DNA of 46,303 nt from Deltaproteobacteria bacterium. GTDB taxonomy: Bacteria; Desulfobacterota; GWC2-55-46. Shown here in pieces: positions 43,218 to 46,303 of the stretch (within the stretch, counting starts at the first letter, position 1; each line of letters starts with the position of its first letter). The position numbers and the translations under genes were made by a program. The notes beneath the pieces were generated by a model. That model was given only the letters and a program-made list of their open reading frames with translations. It did not search any database and had not been told where the DNA came from. The DNA is taken from assembly GCA_016235365.1 (NCBI GenBank), contig JACRLF010000026.1, positions 1 through 46,303 on the forward strand, given 5' to 3'.

Positions 43218-43302
43218 GCGGGTTCAATCTTGCAGATTGAACCCGAATGATTCGTGGCTGCCAGATCGAAATTCAGGGTTCAGGTTGCAAACCTGAACCC
43301 GC
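43218..43302. repeat. Double-hairpin element, intact copy (right edge of island B/C)
   Basis: GCGGGTTCAATCT-tgc-AGATTGAACCCG (12-bp perfect stem), then aatgattcgtggctgccagatcgaaattca, then GGGTTCAGGTT-gca-AACCTGAACCC (11-bp perfect stem). The termini GCGGGTTCA/TGAACCCGC are also complementary. Confidence 0.9.
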
Positions 43303-43331
43303 GATGAAGTGCAGCAGATTCAGGGCCATAG

Positions 43332-43356
43332 GATGCGCTTCGTTCCTCAGCGCATC
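43332..43356. repeat. REP-like hairpin variant GATGCGC...GCGCATC
   Basis: GATGCGCTTCGTTCCTCAGCGCATC has the same loop design (CTTCG..C.CTCAG) as 42808-42838, with a different but still paired stem. Confidence 0.6.
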
Positions 43357-43416
43357 GTTCGCGTTAAACTTTAACCATCACCTCGATACAAAACCTCTAA
43401 CGGGAGTCTACAATAC

Positions 43417-45237
<1,821 letters not shown>

Positions 45238-45302
45238 CGGTTGGGTAAACCGACCTACGCCCGTAACCGGTTAAGACGCGGTACATTTATCCGCTTTCGT
45301 TA

Positions 45303-45342
45303 AACACCGAGGCCCCTCCCTTTAGGGAGGGGCCTCGGTGTT
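45303..45342. terminator. Strong hairpin between convergent glmS and sod (probable bidirectional terminator)
   Basis: AACACCGAGGCCCCTCCC-ttta-GGGAGGGGCCTCGGTGTT, an 18-bp stem. The U tracts are weak on both strands. Confidence 0.6.
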
Positions 45343-45411
45343 TAGGTCTTTGTGGTTTGAATAGGGTGTGAAGCGTTCGGCCTTACTGTTATAAAGTAGA
45401 GCCGCCCCCTT

Positions 45412-46026
45412 TCAGCTCGCCGCGACCCTATTCATGCGGATGAGGTCTATCTCCTCAAACCTCCGCGAGCAGACGGCCCATTCGATGTTCCTCATGAAGG
45501 CGTCTATGTATGGGGGCCTCTTTACCCCGTAGTCTATGACGTAGGCGTGCTCGTAGACGTCCAGCACCAGGATGGGGATAACGTTTGCAGGCACATTGTT
45601 GTTGTGGGTGTCGAGGCAGTAGTTGTGGAGCCTCCCGTCATAGGCGCTTAAGCCCAGTATCACCCACCCGCGCGCGGCCATGCCGCAGGCCTTGAAGTTA
45701 TCCGCCCACTTCTCGAAGGAGCCGAACTCCTTTGCCAGCATGTCGGCGAGTCTGCCTTTGGGCTTGATCTCCTTGCCGCCGAGATTCTCGAAGTAGAGCT
45801 CATGTAGTATCACGCCGTTCAGGGCGAAGGTCTCGTCGGCTTTAAGGGCCCTGAAGTCGCTGAATACCTGGTTCGCCTTCGTGATGTCCACGCTCCTGAG
45901 GCGCTCTTCTATCTCGTTCAATTTATTCACGTACCCGGTGTAGAGGATATCCCTGTGTTGGGATATCTGGCTGTCTGAAATCCCGTCAAGCCCCTTAAGC
46001 TCGAATTTTTTGGGTTGATGCGCCAT
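45412..46026 (-). CDS. Fe/Mn-family superoxide dismutase
   Basis: Metal ligand context H...H...DVYEHAYVIDY (the D-x-W/Y-E-H-A-Y motif); 204 aa. Confidence 0.9.
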   Translation of the reverse strand: MAHQPKKFELKGLDGISDSQISQHRDILYTGYVNKLNEIEERLRSVDITKANQVFSDFRALKADETFALNGVILHELYFENLGGKEIKPKGRLADMLAKEFGSFEKWADNFKACGMAARGWVILGLSAYDGRLHNYCLDTHNNNVPANVIPILVLDVYEHAYVIDYGVKRPPYIDAFMRNIEWAVCSRRFEEIDLIRMNRVAAS

Positions 46027-46244
46027 GTCCGGCCTCCTTCCTTAGTGCGTATTAGCTAAGGTTATTAAAGGGTTAGGCCGCCGCTGGATTTTTATGGACG
46101 CGACGGACGGATATTGAATTAAATCAGCTAAAATCCGATATGTCAAGGGCGAGGGGCGGATTGGTAATGTACCATATCTTGTGTCAGTAAAAGGAAAGGG
46201 GTATCTTTATAGCGGCTCGCAACCAACTATAAGGAGATACCCCT

Positions 46245-46303
46245 ATGGCCCAGAGAGCCACGATTGAGAATTTCTCACAAGCCTCGCGGATAGTCAAGGA
46301 GTT
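46245..46303 (+). CDS. Possible 5' end of a CDS running off the window (MAQRATIENFSQASRIVKE...)
   Basis: ATG lies 8 nt after AAGGAG. However, the SD lies in a repeat-related 16-mer (TATAAGGAGATACCCC, also at 11229-11244) and only 19 codons are visible. Confidence 0.3.
   Translation, partial: MAQRATIENFSQASRIVKE

Noticed and set aside
43218-43370. Integron attC / cassette-array interpretation of the island ends (GTTAAAC at 43363-43369 fits the GTTRRRY core; cargo ORFs are followed by structured repeats).
   Set aside because: No matching RYYYAAC partner lies at an attC-like distance. There is no R''-L''/L'-R' bipartite symmetry with extrahelical bases. No intI gene or attI is present. The two islands are single cassettes at separate loci rather than an array.
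43303-43416. A glmS ribozyme upstream of glmS.
   Set aside because: The 115-nt leader is occupied by a REP-like hairpin and AT-rich sequence. I see nothing resembling the nested double-pseudoknot core of the ribozyme. An Rfam scan would settle it.

Overview
This 46.3-kb window is chromosomal DNA from a high-GC (about 60% by eye) diderm bacterium with a marked AGG (Arg) and ATA (Ile) codon preference. The taxon cannot be fixed from the sequence; the gene content is compatible with an uncultivated Nitrospirota- or Desulfobacterota-like organism.

Gene content:
- 1-16.1 kb (+ strand): one long LPS-core/surface-glycan assembly cluster. It holds four GT9 heptosyltransferase paralogues, four GT4, two GT2, a flippase-like membrane protein, a Trm112-like mini-protein, a SAM methyltransferase, a NodB deacetylase, an O-antigen-ligase-family protein and a heptose-7-P kinase.
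- 16.1-18.3 kb: housekeeping genes DUF4416, yicC, gmk and rpoZ.
- 18.5-25.2 kb (- strand): a YejABEF-like peptide ABC importer whose fused ATPase has lost its first Walker A region.
- 25.3-31.5 kb (- strand): MscS, HD-GYP, tRNA-Ala(CGC), an APC permease and an aldehyde dehydrogenase.
- 31.6-46.3 kb: hflX, dinB, class II RNR nrdJ, glmU, glmS, Fe/Mn SOD, and two small low-GC islands.

I see no cas genes, transposase, integrase, reverse transcriptase, phage genes or recognisable defence genes.

The unusual content is non-coding. Almost every intergenic gap longer than about 150 nt is filled with mosaics of short hairpin repeat modules from several families.
- One composite element occurs in long (about 118 nt) and short (51 nt) forms, seven times.
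- Repeats supply stop codons and C-terminal codons of three genes.
- An inverted pair of the composite element brackets nrdJ.
- A 240-nt nested-palindrome MITE-like element abuts the glmU start codon.
- The two low-GC cargo islands (hflX/dinB gap and glmU/glmS gap) share the same end architecture: a GTAG...CTAC REP-like unit on the left and an 80-nt double hairpin on the right. Neither encodes a recombinase.

Functional statements about the repeats are inference; the sequence relationships themselves are directly visible.
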